Origin: an uncultured Acidobacteriota bacterium
Lineage (GTDB): Bacteria; Actinomycetota; Acidimicrobiia; Spongiisociales; ZC4RG35
DNA length: 64,000 nt
Assembly (NCBI GenBank): GCA_963837055.1
Contig: CAWILU010000003.1
Coordinates: 2,563-66,562, forward strand
Direction: 5' to 3'
Below the pieces are notes generated by a model. The model searched no databases, had not been told where the DNA came from, and was given only the letters and a program-made list of their open reading frames with translations. Below are positions 11,238 through 21,793 of the stretch, in pieces; the first letter of the stretch is position 1; each line of letters starts with the position of its first letter. Position numbers and translations under genes: made by a program.

Positions 11238-12703
11238 ATGAAGAAATACCGGAACTGGCTGTGGCTGGCGGTGGTGATGGCGATGCGTGATCGCCGCATG
11301 TGGCGGCGGCGACGCTAGGGCCACGACCACAGCCGGCGACGGAGCAGCGACCACCGAGGCGGCGCGACGACCACGGCCGCCGAGGGCGGGGCCACGACTA
11401 CAGCCGGCGCACCGGCCGAGTCGACCGGCTACGACACTCTGGACGAGGCGATGACCGGTGCGTTCGAGGGAACGACGGTCGAGATCGTGGCGCAGTGGGT
11501 AGAAGGCGAAGAGGAGAACTTCAACGCCGCTCTCGACCCCTTCCGTGAGGCCACCGGGATCGACGTCCAGTACGAAGGTCTCCCCGACTACGAGCTGGCC
11601 CTCCAGACCAGGGTCGACGGGGGCGACGCTCCCGATCTCGCGCAGATCGCACAGCCAGGCAAGATGGCTTCATACCAGGCGGATGGCCAACTGGTGGACC
11701 TCAGCAGCTGGTTGAACGTCGACAAGCTGAGAGAGGAGCAGGTGCCAGGCTTCGTCGAACTCGACCGAGGTCGACGGTGGTGTGTACGGCGTCTACTACA
11801 AGACCGACGTCAAGTCGATCGTGTGGTACCCGGTAGCAGCCTTCGAGGAGGCGGGCTACACGATTCCCACCACCTGGGACGAGATGACCGCTCTCAGCGA
11901 TCAGATCATCGCCGATGGCAATGGCAACCCATGGTGCGTCGGTATCGAGTCCGAGGCCGCCGACGGCTGGGTCGCCACCGACTGGCTCGAGGACATCGTC
12001 CTCCGGACCGCCGGTGTCGACTTCTACAACCAGTGGTGGAAGCACGAGGTGCCGTTCAACTCCCCAGAGGTATTGGCGGCCGCCGAGCAGATGTCGGCAG
12101 ATCTGGTTCGCCCCTGACTACGTCTATGGAGGGAACGTGGCGATCAACGCCACCAACATCCGTGACGTTGCCAACCCGATGTTCGATCCTGCCGGACCAC
12201 AATGCTGGTTCCAGAAGCAGGCGTCCTGGATCCCCGAGTTCTGGCCGGGGAACCGTGACGTCGCCGACCGTGAGGCCTGGGCGAACCCGCCCGGGGAGGC
12301 GAGCTCGTTCTTCTACCTCCCGGGCATCGACCCCGCAGTGGGCAACCCGGTCCTGGGAGCAGGCGACATGTTCGTCATGTTCACCGATGGTGACCGGCCC
12401 GAGGTGCGAGCGCTGCTCGAGTACCTGGCCACACCGCAAGGAGCGCAAGCCTGGATCGAAGTAGGTGGCTTCATCAGCCCCAACGCAACGGTCCCGGAAG
12501 ATTGGTACACCACGTACCCCAACACCGAGTTGGTGCCGATCCTGACCAACGCCGACGCCTTTGGCTTCGACGCCAGTGACCTGATGCCGGCAGAGGTCGG
12601 TGCCGGTTCGTTCTGGACCGGGATGGTCGATTGGGTGGCCGCCAACGGTGAAGGCACCGAGGAGATCTTCCAATCAATCGAGGATGGCTGGCCAACAGGC
12701 TGA
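11238..12703 (+). CDS. Second sugar ABC substrate-binding lipoprotein, frameshifted
   Basis: AAGGAGG RBS, MKKYRNW...IAAC lipobox, PWCVGIES...[14 protein letters not shown]. Confidence 0.88.
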
Positions 12704-12718
12704 GTCATCAGTGAGGTG

Positions 12719-12756
12719 AGGTCCCCGGCGGCGACGCCGGGGACCTTGCTTTTGTT
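12719..12756 (+). terminator. Hairpin with T-rich tail after the SBP gene
   Basis: AGGTCCCCGGCG-GCGA-CGCCGGGGACCT followed by TGCTTTTGTT. Confidence 0.75.
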
Positions 12757-12810
12757 AGGTTCGGTGCCCGGCGTCTGAGGAGTTCGATTGCCCGAGCCGT
12801 TGAAGCCCAG

Positions 12811-13908
12811 TTGGAGACGAACCGCCGACCACCGTTGTCGATCGTTCGCGATCTCACCGTCGCAGTCGGCGTCATCGTCCTCATCTGGCTCGGGTTGAGG
12901 GTCCTCCGCTCCGAGACCGCGCTCGACGCTCTCGGGCCCTTCGGCGGCAAGCTCGTACAGGCCCTGATCGGCATCGTCCTCGGCGTGGTCGGCATCTGGG
13001 CGCTGTTCGTCGTGGCCAACTCCCTGGTCGAGCTGCTGCCCGCCCGCGCCACGACTGTCATCCGCCCCTATGTCTTCGTCGGACCGGCGATCGTCGTGCT
13101 CTCCATCTTCCTGTTGGCGCCGGCGGTGGGGACGATCATCCAGAGCTTCACCGAGGTCCCCGAAGGCGAAGGGCCTCTTTACAACTACGTCCAGGCGTTC
13201 ACCGATCCGGCCCTCCAGATCGCTTTGCGCAACAACGCGATCTGGCTCATCCTGGCGCCGGCCGGAGCACTCCTCATCGGTCTCGCCTTCGCCGGTCTGG
13301 TCGACCGGGTCAAGCGCGAGTCTCTGGCCAAGTCTTTCATCTTCATCCCGCTCTGCATCTCGGGAGCCGGGGTCGCCGTCATCTGGCAATTCATCTACGA
13401 GTGGCGCCCCGAGGGCCAGCCACAGATCGGGATTCTCAACGCCATCGTTACCGCCTTCGGCGGGGAGCCCGTCCCCTGGCTCCAGGAGATCCCCACCAAC
13501 ACCCTGGCTCTCATCGTCGCCTTCGTCTGGATCCAGACCGGTTTCGCCATGGTCATCCTCTCCGCCGCGATCAAAGGTGTTCCGGTGGAGCTGATGGAAG
13601 CGGCGCGAATCGACGGGGCCGGCGAATTCCAAACCTTCCTCCGCATCGTGCTGCCCTCGATACGCGGGTCGGTCATCACGGTTTTCACCGTCACCGCCAT
13701 CGCCGTGCTCAAGGTCTTCGACATCGTCTACGTGACCACCAACGGGAACTTCGAGACCGACGTGATCGCCAATCGAATGTTCAACGAGATGTTCCGATTC
13801 CGGAATTTCGGCTTCGCCACCGCACTCGCCGTGATCCTCTTGGTAGCCGTGGTCCCGATCATGGTGATCAACGTGCGAAATCTCCGTAGACAAGGGATCG
13901 GGGCATGA
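12811..13908 (+). CDS. Sugar ABC permease
   Basis: EAARIDGA loop, KVFDIVYV, multiple TM helices. Confidence 0.92.
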   Translation: METNRRPPLSIVRDLTVAVGVIVLIWLGLRVLRSETALDALGPFGGKLVQALIGIVLGVVGIWALFVVANSLVELLPARATTVIRPYVFVGPAIVVLSIFLLAPAVGTIIQSFTEVPEGEGPLYNYVQAFTDPALQIALRNNAIWLILAPAGALLIGLAFAGLVDRVKRESLAKSFIFIPLCISGAGVAVIWQFIYEWRPEGQPQIGILNAIVTAFGGEPVPWLQEIPTNTLALIVAFVWIQTGFAMVILSAAIKGVPVELMEAARIDGAGEFQTFLRIVLPSIRGSVITVFTVTAIAVLKVFDIVYVTTNGNFETDVIANRMFNEMFRFRNFGFATALAVILLVAVVPIMVINVRNLRRQGIGA

Positions 13909-14829
13909 CCGCAGAGACAGTCGAAGGCTTCCCTCCGCATGACTGGCGACGCCGTCGCAACGGCAACGACGACCGCGCCAAAGCGCGGACAGTCGAGCGG
14001 TTGGCTGGCGAAGGTCCTGGTACTGATCATCGGGATCGCATGGACTATCCCCACCGCTGGAGTCTTCATCAGCTCATTCCGGCCCGAGACCGAGGTGGCC
14101 ACCACTGGCTGGTGGACGGTTTTCACCCACCCCTTCGACTTCACCCAGTACACCCTGGCCAATTACCAGAGGGTGCTCACTTCTGAGGACATGTTCGAGG
14201 CGTTCGTCAACAGCCTCATCGTCACCATCCCCGCAACGGTTATCCCGATCACCCTGGCCGCATTCGCCGCCTACGCCTTCGCCTGGACCAGATTCCGCGG
14301 CCGCAGCTTCCTCTTCGCCGTGGTGGTCGGGCTTCTGGTCATTCCGCTCCAGATGTCGCTGGTGCCCCTGCTCAGGCTGTACGGCGACTATGACCTGACC
14401 GGGACCTTCGTCGGAGTCTGGCTGGCGCACGCCGGTTTCGGGCTTCCGCTGGCCATCTACCTCCTCTACAACTACATCTCCCAGCTGCCCAAGGACATCT
14501 TCGAGTCGGCCTACATCGACGGAGCGACGCCGTTCACCACTTTCACGAAGCTGGTGATCCCGCTCTCCTACCCGGCGCTGGCGTCGTTCGCCATCTTCCA
14601 GTTCCTCTGGGTCTGGAACGACTTGCTGGTGTCGCTGGTCTTTCTCGGCACCAACCCTGATGTCGCGGTGGTGACAGTGAGTCTGGCCCAACTGGTGGGC
14701 AGCCGGGGCGCGGCGTGGCATCTGCTCACCGCAGGGGCGTTCATCTCCATGGTCATTCCCTTGATCGTGTTCATCACTCTGCAGCGGTTCTTCGTCCGCG
14801 GGCTCCTCGCCGGCTCCGTCAAGGGCTGA
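13905..14829 (+). CDS. Sugar ABC permease (start 13905 with frameshift, or 13939)
   Basis: ESAYIDGA, FQFLWVWND, ends GSVKG. Confidence 0.9.
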
Positions 14830-14848
14830 GGCCCGGCCAGCGGTCGGC

Positions 14849-16427
14849 ATGAGCGTCGCCGACCCCATCTGATGCTGGCCTTCGAGGGCACCGAGGTCCC
14901 CAACTGGCTGCGCCAACGCCTCGAGGAGTCGCCACCTGCGGGGGTGAGCTTGTTCCGGGAGTGGAACATGACCTCACCCGATCAGGTCGCGAAATTGACC
15001 ACCGACCTTCAAAAGGCGAGCTCGTCACCACTCCCCCTCGCTCATCGCGGTCGACCAGGAGGGAGGGCAGCTTCTCGGCCTCACCGGGTCGACCGACTTC
15101 GCCGGGAACATGGCGCTCGGGGCGACCGGCGATCCCGACCTCGCCCGGCAGGTGGCTGCTGCCATGGGCGCTGAGCTGGCAGCCGTTGGCATAAACGTCA
15201 ACTACGCCCCGGTAGCCGACGTCGCCACTCAGGCCGCACAACCCATCCCTTGGCATCCGGTCGTTCGGTGATGACCCAGAAATGGCCGGCCGGCTCACCG
15301 GCGCCATGGTGTCCGGGTTCATCGGAATCGGGGGTGTTGGCCACTCTGAAGCACTTTCCCGGGAGTGGGGAGGCAACCGTCGATCCCCACTATCGGTTGC
15401 CATTGCTCGACCTCGACCGGGAGCGTCTCGACGCGGTCGAGCTGCCCCCATTCCGAGCGGGTGTGGCCGCCGGAGCGTCCCTGCTGATGGTCGGCCACCA
15501 GTTGGTTCCGGCCCTGACCGGCAGCCGAGAGATACCGATCTGCGGATCGGAGGCCGGGATCAACGGGTTCGTCCGGTCTGAGCTCGGATTCGAAGGGGTG
15601 GTGATCTCCGATGCCCTGGACATGGGGGCCCTCGACCAGGGGCCCGGCCCAGGTCGTCGAGATCATCGCCATGATGCGAGGGGGAACGGATCTCCTACTG
15701 TGCATGCCCGACCCGGACCTCCAGAAGCGCGTCCGGATGGCGGTGGAGCGAGGCCACTCCCGGGGGCTCATCCCCGATGACACTCTCAAAGCCTCGATCG
15801 CGAGGGTGGAGAACCTGCGCGGCTCGACTCCCCGCCACCGGGGAGATACGGCCGGAAACGGTCGGCTCAGCCGATCATCTAGAGCTGGCCGGCCGGCTCG
15901 CGGAGGCATCGGTCACCCTGGTCCGCAACGACGACGGCATCATCCCGATCCGGCTCGATGCCGGGCAACGCATCTTCTCGCTGGAGCCGGAGCCGGTCAA
16001 TGTGACTCCCGCCGACACCACGTCTCTGTACCCGCCCCGACTGGCGGCCGCGCTGCGGACGAGACATCCCGATGTCACCGAAGCGGTCTACCCCCACCAT
16101 CCGGGTCCAAACGACATCGAAAGCGTCGTCAACACCGCCCGGGACCATGACCTGGTCGTGGTCGGAACGGTCGGGGCCACGCCCGGCCAGGCGAAGCTCG
16201 TGGACGTCCTGCTCGCCACCGGCACACCTGTCGTCACAATCGCACTCCGCACCCCATACGACGTGGCGGCGTATCCGGCCTCGACTACTCATGTCTGCAC
16301 CTATAACGCGCACACTCCGTCACTCGAGGCGCTGGCGTCGGCGCTTTTCGGCGCAGCGCCGTTCCGGGGACACCTGCCCGCCGCCATTCCCGGTCTGCAC
16401 CCGCGAGGCCACGGGATCACGTCATGA
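14849..16427 (+). CDS. nagZ: GH3 beta-N-acetylhexosaminidase, frameshifted
   Basis: VDQEGG, KHFPGSG...DPH, ISDALDMGA; C-terminal GH3 domain TLVRND...ALRTPYD. Confidence 0.8.
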
Positions 16428-17317
16428 ACGCTGACCTCGGCTACATCGACCTCCAGGTCAATGGAGGATGGGGCCACGATTTCACCGCCGATCCCTCGAG
16501 CATCTGGGACGTCGGGGCGCGGCTCCCCGAGACCGGTGTCACTGCCTTTCTCCCCACCATCGTCTCGGCGCCGTACGAGGCGGCCGATGCCGCCATCGAG
16601 GTGCTGGACGGCGGGCCCCCCGAGGGCTATGCCGGTGCAGAGCCGCTCGGGCTCCACATCGAGGGACCATGGATCTCACCGGATTGGAAGGGGGCACACA
16701 ACCCCGACCATCTCCGCCTCCCCGACCCCTCTGTCGCCCGGCTGTGGGCAGACTCCGGGGTGGTGAGGATGGTGACCATTGCCCCCGAGCTCGATCGGGC
16801 ATTCGAGGCCGCCGCGACGCTGGAGGGGGCCGGAGTCGTGGTCTCAGCAGGTCACAGCGGGGCGGAATTCGAGACGGCGGCGATAGCCCTCGACGGCCCT
16901 TGGAGGTCAGTAACGCATCTGTTCAATCAGATGAGCCCGTTTCATCATCGAGCTCCCGGCCTGGTCGGCGCCGCACTACTCTCCGGCCGCCCATGCGGCG
17001 TCATCGTCGACGGCATCCATGCCGACCCGGCCGCCGTTCGACTGGCATGGGACCAGCTCGGCCCCGACCGTTTCATCCTCATCACCGATGCGATGCAGGC
17101 CACCGGGCTCGGCGAGGGCATCTACATCCTCGGCGATCGGGAGGTGTTCGTCGGGCACGAGGGGCCCCGGATAGGTCGTTCCATCCTCGCCGGGAGCACT
17201 CTCACCATGGACCAGGCCTTGGTGAATCTCGTCGACTGGACCGGTGCGACGATGGAGCAGGCCGCCGCCTGCGCGTCCATGGTCCCTGCCCGTTTGCTCG
17301 GCATCGAGGAGGGCTGA
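16424..17317 (+). CDS. nagA: N-acetylglucosamine-6-phosphate deacetylase (short form)
   Basis: IDLQVNG, HIEGPWI, GAH, AGHS, THLFNQM, DGIH, ITDAM, LAGSTL. Confidence 0.9.
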   Translation: MNADLGYIDLQVNGGWGHDFTADPSSIWDVGARLPETGVTAFLPTIVSAPYEAADAAIEVLDGGPPEGYAGAEPLGLHIEGPWISPDWKGAHNPDHLRLPDPSVARLWADSGVVRMVTIAPELDRAFEAAATLEGAGVVVSAGHSGAEFETAAIALDGPWRSVTHLFNQMSPFHHRAPGLVGAALLSGRPCGVIVDGIHADPAAVRLAWDQLGPDRFILITDAMQATGLGEGIYILGDREVFVGHEGPRIGRSILAGSTLTMDQALVNLVDWTGATMEQAAACASMVPARLLGIEEG

Positions 17318-18336
17318 TGGGTCTTCTCGACGAGATCCGTGAGCAGCCGGAGGTGATCAGCCGCACGACTCTCGCCAACGCCGAGCCGGCGAAACAGGTC
17401 GCCCGTCTGGCCGGCGAATGTACCCATGCCGTGATTGCGGCTCGAGGGACTTCCGACAACGCGGGTCGCTATGCCCAATACGTCTGGGGCACCCGCAACG
17501 GACTTTCGGTCGGTCTGACGACACCCTCGCTGTTCTCGGTCTACGACCGCCCTCCCCGCCTCGATGGGGCATTGGTCGTCGGCATCTCCCAGAGTGGGGA
17601 GTCACCGGACATCGTCTCGGTCCTCGAGGAGGGCAGATCACAAGGTCGCCCCACCGTCGCCATAACCAACGAGCCCGATTCTCCCCTCGCCGACGTGGCC
17701 GATGTGGTGATCGATGTCGATGCGGGAGAGGAGAGGGCGGTGGCGGCAACCAAGACCTATACCGCCCAGTTGACCGTCGTCGCTTTGATCTCGGAGGCGA
17801 TCGCGGGCGATAGCGGCGGCCTGGAAAACGTCCCGTCGTTCGTGAACGATGCGCTCGCCGAGGAAGGCCAGGCCGAGATCCTGGCGTCGGCACATGCGGG
17901 GATGGAGCACTGTGCCGTGCTGGGCCGCGGCTTCAACCAGGCCACCGCCTTCGAGTGGGCACTGAAGGTCCAAGAGCTGACCCACGTCGTGGCCCAGCCC
18001 TTCTCGACGGCCGACTTTCTCCACGGACCCATCGCCGTGCTCGAACCCGGCTACCCGGTCCTGGCGGTCGCCGCCCGCGGCCCGGCCATCGACGATGTGG
18101 TCGAAGTGCTCGACCGGTGCACTCGGGCCGGGGCCTCCCTGGTCGTCATCGGCAACGACACACGGTTGTCCGGGTTCGCCCCGTCGATTCTCGAGCTCGC
18201 TCCTGCGGTCGAAGAGTGGCTGTCTCCCATTCCAGCGGCGGTCCTCGGCCAGCTGTTCTCCTATCACCTGACGGTGGCCAAGGGCCTCGACCCCGAAGAG
18301 CCTCGTGGGCTCCACAAGGTGACCAGGACTACCTAG
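17317..18336 (+). CDS. SIS-domain glucosamine-6-phosphate deaminase (NagB-II/GlmS-like)
   Basis: Real start MGLLDEIREQP; ARGTSDNA, ISQSGES, AVAATKT, HGP, LHKVTRT. Confidence 0.88.
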   Translation: MGLLDEIREQPEVISRTTLANAEPAKQVARLAGECTHAVIAARGTSDNAGRYAQYVWGTRNGLSVGLTTPSLFSVYDRPPRLDGALVVGISQSGESPDIVSVLEEGRSQGRPTVAITNEPDSPLADVADVVIDVDAGEERAVAATKTYTAQLTVVALISEAIAGDSGGLENVPSFVNDALAEEGQAEILASAHAGMEHCAVLGRGFNQATAFEWALKVQELTHVVAQPFSTADFLHGPIAVLEPGYPVLAVAARGPAIDDVVEVLDRCTRAGASLVVIGNDTRLSGFAPSILELAPAVEEWLSPIPAAVLGQLFSYHLTVAKGLDPEEPRGLHKVTRTT

Positions 18337-19196
18337 CTTTTCCCGACGGCTCTTTCCGCCAGGATCAGACCGCCTGCCAGCCCCGACAGCGCACCCAACC
18401 CGGGCGCGACAACGAATCCCGACTCGTGCTCGGTCATCCCCGGGTAGCCGGCCAGGTCCTCGACCAGCATGAGATTGACCAGCTCGAGCAGACCCGGTAA
18501 TCGGGAGACCCCGCCACCCAGTGCCACCCGTTCCGGGGCGAGGATGTAGACCAGATCCCGCGCCATCTGCGCGAGATAGAAGGCCTCGAACTCGACCGCT
18601 CTGGCGAGATCGGTTCCGGCGAGACCCTCCCCCGGCCTGCCGAAGCGACCGGTGATCGCCGGCCCGCTGGCCAGCCCCTCGAGACAGTCCCCATGGAGAC
18701 GGCACACCCCCTCGTAGTCGTCATCGTGATGACGACGGACCACGACATGGCCCATCTCGGGATGACCGAGCCCGTGCACCGGCTCGCCTCCGATGAGGGC
18801 TCCGCCTCCGATCCCGGTTCCCACGGTGACATAGACAAACGAATCGAGACCCCGGCCCGTCCCCCAGCGCGCCTCACCAAGGGCGGCTCCATTCACATCG
18901 GTGTCGAGCCCAACGGGCAGATCGAGGGCGGCCCGGACCGGTCCGAGCAAGTCGGTCCCCGACCAACCTGGCTTGGGCGTGATCCCGATTCGTCCGTTAC
19001 CCAGGTCGAGCGGCCCAAAAGAGGCGATTCCAACCGCGTCGGGAACCTCCCGCCCGAAGAACTCGACTACCCCCTCGATCGTCTCTTCCGGCTCGGTGGT
19101 GGGGACGGTGACCACCCCCGCCAGGTCATCCGGTGATGCGCCGACGGCATAGAGGGTCTTGGTACCCCCGATCTCGACCGTCCCGTATCTGGCCAT
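18333..19196 (-). CDS. ROK-family fructokinase-like kinase
   Basis: EIGGTK, ASFGP, TPKPGW, DTDVNGAALGE, HPEMGH, CRLHGDCLEGLASG. Confidence 0.88.
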   Translation of the reverse strand: MARYGTVEIGGTKTLYAVGASPDDLAGVVTVPTTEPEETIEGVVEFFGREVPDAVGIASFGPLDLGNGRIGITPKPGWSGTDLLGPVRAALDLPVGLDTDVNGAALGEARWGTGRGLDSFVYVTVGTGIGGGALIGGEPVHGLGHPEMGHVVVRRHHDDDYEGVCRLHGDCLEGLASGPAITGRFGRPGEGLAGTDLARAVEFEAFYLAQMARDLVYILAPERVALGGGVSRLPGLLELVNLMLVEDLAGYPGMTEHESGFVVAPGLGALSGLAGGLILAERAVGKS

Positions 19197-19325
19197 CCCC
19201 TCATTTTGGCGCGGCGAAGTCGGTCCATAGGCCGACAATGCCGCGCCAGAATGGTTCAGGGAACCCCTGGAACCACCGATGTTCTTGACATGCGAAGAGC
19301 CAGGTTGTTTACTTGGAAACCGCAC

Positions 19326-19373
19326 ATGAAGCACTTGTCCGCCGCCGCCTACGTACTCCTTCTTATCGAGTAG
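19326..19373 (+). CDS. ilv leader peptide MKHLSAAAYVLLLIE
   Basis: 15-codon ORF with a V-L-L-L-I run, downstream of TTGACA (19285-19290) and upstream of a terminator and ilvB. Confidence 0.85.
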   Translation: MKHLSAAAYVLLLIE

Positions 19374-19401
19374 CGCGCGCAAACAGACCTGCGTGCGCTC
19401 G

Positions 19402-19428
19402 ACCCTCCCCCCTGGAGGGTTTTTTGTT
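19402..19428 (+). terminator. Attenuator terminator of the ilv leader
   Basis: ACCCTCC-CCCCT-GGAGGGT followed by TTTTTGTT, just before the ilvB ATG. Confidence 0.85.
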
Positions 19429-19437
19429 ACCCGACAC

Positions 19438-21159
19438 ATGACAGAACCAAGGAAATTCACCGGATCGCACTCGCTCCTTCGTAGCCTCGAGCACGAAGGG
19501 GTCGAGATCGTTTTCGGCGTGCCCGGAGGTGCCATCCTCCCCGCCTACGACCCCCTCCTTGACAGTCCGATAAGGCATGTGCTGGCCCGGCACGAGCAGG
19601 GCGCCGGGCACATGGCCGAGGGCTTTGCCCAGGCCACAGGACTGGTGGGCGTGGTGATGGCTACCTCCGGGCCCGGAGCGACGAACCTGATAACCCCGCT
19701 GCAGAACGCGCTGATGGACTCGACCCCGATCGTGGCCATCACTGGACAGGTTCCCACTTCGGCTATCGGGAGCGACGCCTTTCAGGAGGCGTACACCACC
19801 GGGCTGGCCATGCACTGCACCAAGCACTCGTACATGGCCACCGACGCCGACGACATCCCCAACCTGATCCACGAGGCGTTCCATCTCGCCTCCACCGGTC
19901 GACCGGGCCCGGTCCTGGTCGACATCCCCAAGGACGTGCTCAACCAGGAGACGACCTGGCGCGAGCCACATTTGCACAACCTGCCCGGCTACAAGCCGAC
20001 GGTGTCTGGTCACCCGATGCAGATCAGGGCAGCCATCGACTTGATCGAAAAGGCAGAGCGCCCGGTGCTCTACGTCGGCGGTGGAGTGATAAAGGCAGGC
20101 GCCGCCCCCGAGCTGCGGGCCTTCGCCGAGGCTGCGAACGCCCCGGTGGTGACCACCCTCATGGCCCGAGGCGCCTTCCCCGACGACCATCCTCTCGCCC
20201 TGGGCATGCCAGGCATGCATGGCCTGTACACCGCCACCACCGCCATCCAGAAGTCCGATGTCCTGGTCAGTCTCGGCGCCCGCTTCGACGACAGAGTGAC
20301 CGGTGCCCCCAGCGCTTTCGCCTCCGAGGCGAAGATCATCCACGTCGATGTCGATCCCGCCGAGATCGGAAAGGTGCGCGCCGCCGACGTGCCCATCGTC
20401 GGCGATGCCCGATCTGTCCTCGTCGACCTGCTCACCGCCCTCCGTGCCCGACGCGAAGACGCCGATGCACCGGCCCGCCAGCCGTGGTTCGATCAGATCC
20501 AAGCGTGGAAAGCGGATTATCCGCTCTCCTACGAACAGGACCCGGACGGCCCGATCAAGGTGCAGCACTTCATCGAGCGGCTGTACGCGATCACCGAGGG
20601 CGACGCAGTCATCGTCGCCGGTGTCGGCCAGCACCAGATGTGGGCTTCCCAGTTCTGGGGTTTCAAGGAACCGAGGTCCTGGGTGAACTCCGGCGGCCTG
20701 GGGACGATGGGATTCGCCGTCCCGGCCGCTGTGGGAGCAAAGGCGGCCCGCCCCGATGATCTGGTCATCGCGCTCGACGGAGATGGGTGCTTCCAGATGA
20801 CCTGCCAGGAGCTGATCACGGCCACCACCGAGGAGATCCCGGTCAAGATCATCGTCTTCAACAACGGCGGATACGGGATGGTCAAGCAGTGGCAAAACCT
20901 CTTCTACGGCGGCCGTCTCTCCGCAGTCGATCTCGGCTTCACCTATCCCGACTATCCGAAGCTGGCCGAGGCGATGGGTTGTGTCGGCCTCCGGGTCGAC
21001 CATCCCTCCGAGATCGACACCGCCATCGAGAAGGTCCTGTCCGTCAACGACCGTCCTGTGGTGCTGGAAGTGGTGGTCGACGGCGAGGAGATGTGCTTCC
21101 CGATGGTCCCGGCCGGCGGATCCAACGACCGGGTCGTGATGCGCCGCGAGGACGTCTGA
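19438..21159 (+). CDS. ilvB: Acetolactate synthase large subunit
   Basis: FGVPGGAIL, RHEQGAGHMA, TSGPGATN, GARFDDRVTG, GQHQMW, DGDGCFQM. Confidence 0.97.
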   Translation: MTEPRKFTGSHSLLRSLEHEGVEIVFGVPGGAILPAYDPLLDSPIRHVLARHEQGAGHMAEGFAQATGLVGVVMATSGPGATNLITPLQNALMDSTPIVAITGQVPTSAIGSDAFQEAYTTGLAMHCTKHSYMATDADDIPNLIHEAFHLASTGRPGPVLVDIPKDVLNQETTWREPHLHNLPGYKPTVSGHPMQIRAAIDLIEKAERPVLYVGGGVIKAGAAPELRAFAEAANAPVVTTLMARGAFPDDHPLALGMPGMHGLYTATTAIQKSDVLVSLGARFDDRVTGAPSAFASEAKIIHVDVDPAEIGKVRAADVPIVGDARSVLVDLLTALRARREDADAPARQPWFDQIQAWKADYPLSYEQDPDGPIKVQHFIERLYAITEGDAVIVAGVGQHQMWASQFWGFKEPRSWVNSGGLGTMGFAVPAAVGAKAARPDDLVIALDGDGCFQMTCQELITATTEEIPVKIIVFNNGGYGMVKQWQNLFYGGRLSAVDLGFTYPDYPKLAEAMGCVGLRVDHPSEIDTAIEKVLSVNDRPVVLEVVVDGEEMCFPMVPAGGSNDRVVMRREDV

Positions 21160-21668
21160 TGCAGCACACCCTCACGGTCCTGGTCGAAGACAAACCCGGG
21201 GTCCTGGCGCGCATCTCTGCGATGTTCTCCAATCGGGCGTTCAACATCCACTCGCTGGCGGTCGGGCCCACCCATCAGGAAGGGCGATCGCGGATCACGC
21301 TGGTCGTAGATGCCCCGGAGCTGGAGCAGCTGAAGAAGCAGCTGAACAAACTGGTCAATGTGATCAAGGTCCAGGAGATGGAGCCGGCCGAAGCACTGGA
21401 GCGGGAAGTGATGATCATCCGGATCAGCGCCCAACCCGCCACTCGTGGCGAGGTGCGCGACACCGCGTCGCTGTTCGACGCCAGGGTCATCGACATCAGC
21501 TCGTCGGCCATGACATTCGAGGTGGCGGGGACACCTCAGCATCTGAGTACCTTCCTCGAGCATCTCGGGCCCTATGGCGTGATCGACTTGGTCAAGTCGG
21601 GCCGGATCGCCATGAAGCGGGAATCTGAGCTCACTCCGGCACCAGTGGTCGCAGGAGTCGGGAAATGA
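21159..21668 (+). CDS. ilvN: Acetolactate synthase small subunit
   Basis: MQHTLTVLVEDKPGVLARIS...FNIHSLAVG...KQLNKLVNV. Confidence 0.96.
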   Translation: MQHTLTVLVEDKPGVLARISAMFSNRAFNIHSLAVGPTHQEGRSRITLVVDAPELEQLKKQLNKLVNVIKVQEMEPAEALEREVMIIRISAQPATRGEVRDTASLFDARVIDISSSAMTFEVAGTPQHLSTFLEHLGPYGVIDLVKSGRIAMKRESELTPAPVVAGVGK

Positions 21669-21733
21669 CCCGTCCCTCCCGTCTCCTCTCACTGCTCGCC
21701 CTCCTCAGCCTTCTCGGCCTCGCTCTTATCTAG
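21665..21733 (+). CDS. leu leader peptide MTRPSRLLSLLALLSLLGLALI
   Basis: 22 codons with 10 Leu; ATG overlaps the ilvN stop; contains CGTCTCCT complementary to the leuA RBS AGGAGACG. Confidence 0.82.
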   Translation: MTRPSRLLSLLALLSLLGLALI

Positions 21734-21793
21734 CCGGAACGCCTTCCCAGGCAGACCGGCGCCCAGACGAGACACCGAGATTCAGGAGACGAC

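Noticed and set aside
2271-16427. Sugar cluster (and arsR/arsM) as decaying pseudogenes
   Set aside because: The breaks are single-base indels in otherwise intact, motif-complete genes, and essential dnaG is also broken. Long-read error is more likely, but reads are needed to confirm.
16468-18336. 622-aa fusion ORF
   Set aside because: It is an off-frame overlap with nagA; the SIS protein starts at 17317.
19363-21003. Long antisense ORFs (also 12313-13893, 38537-40375, 44455-46029, 60727-62151)
   Set aside because: Shadow frames of high-GC3 genes with no recognisable motifs.
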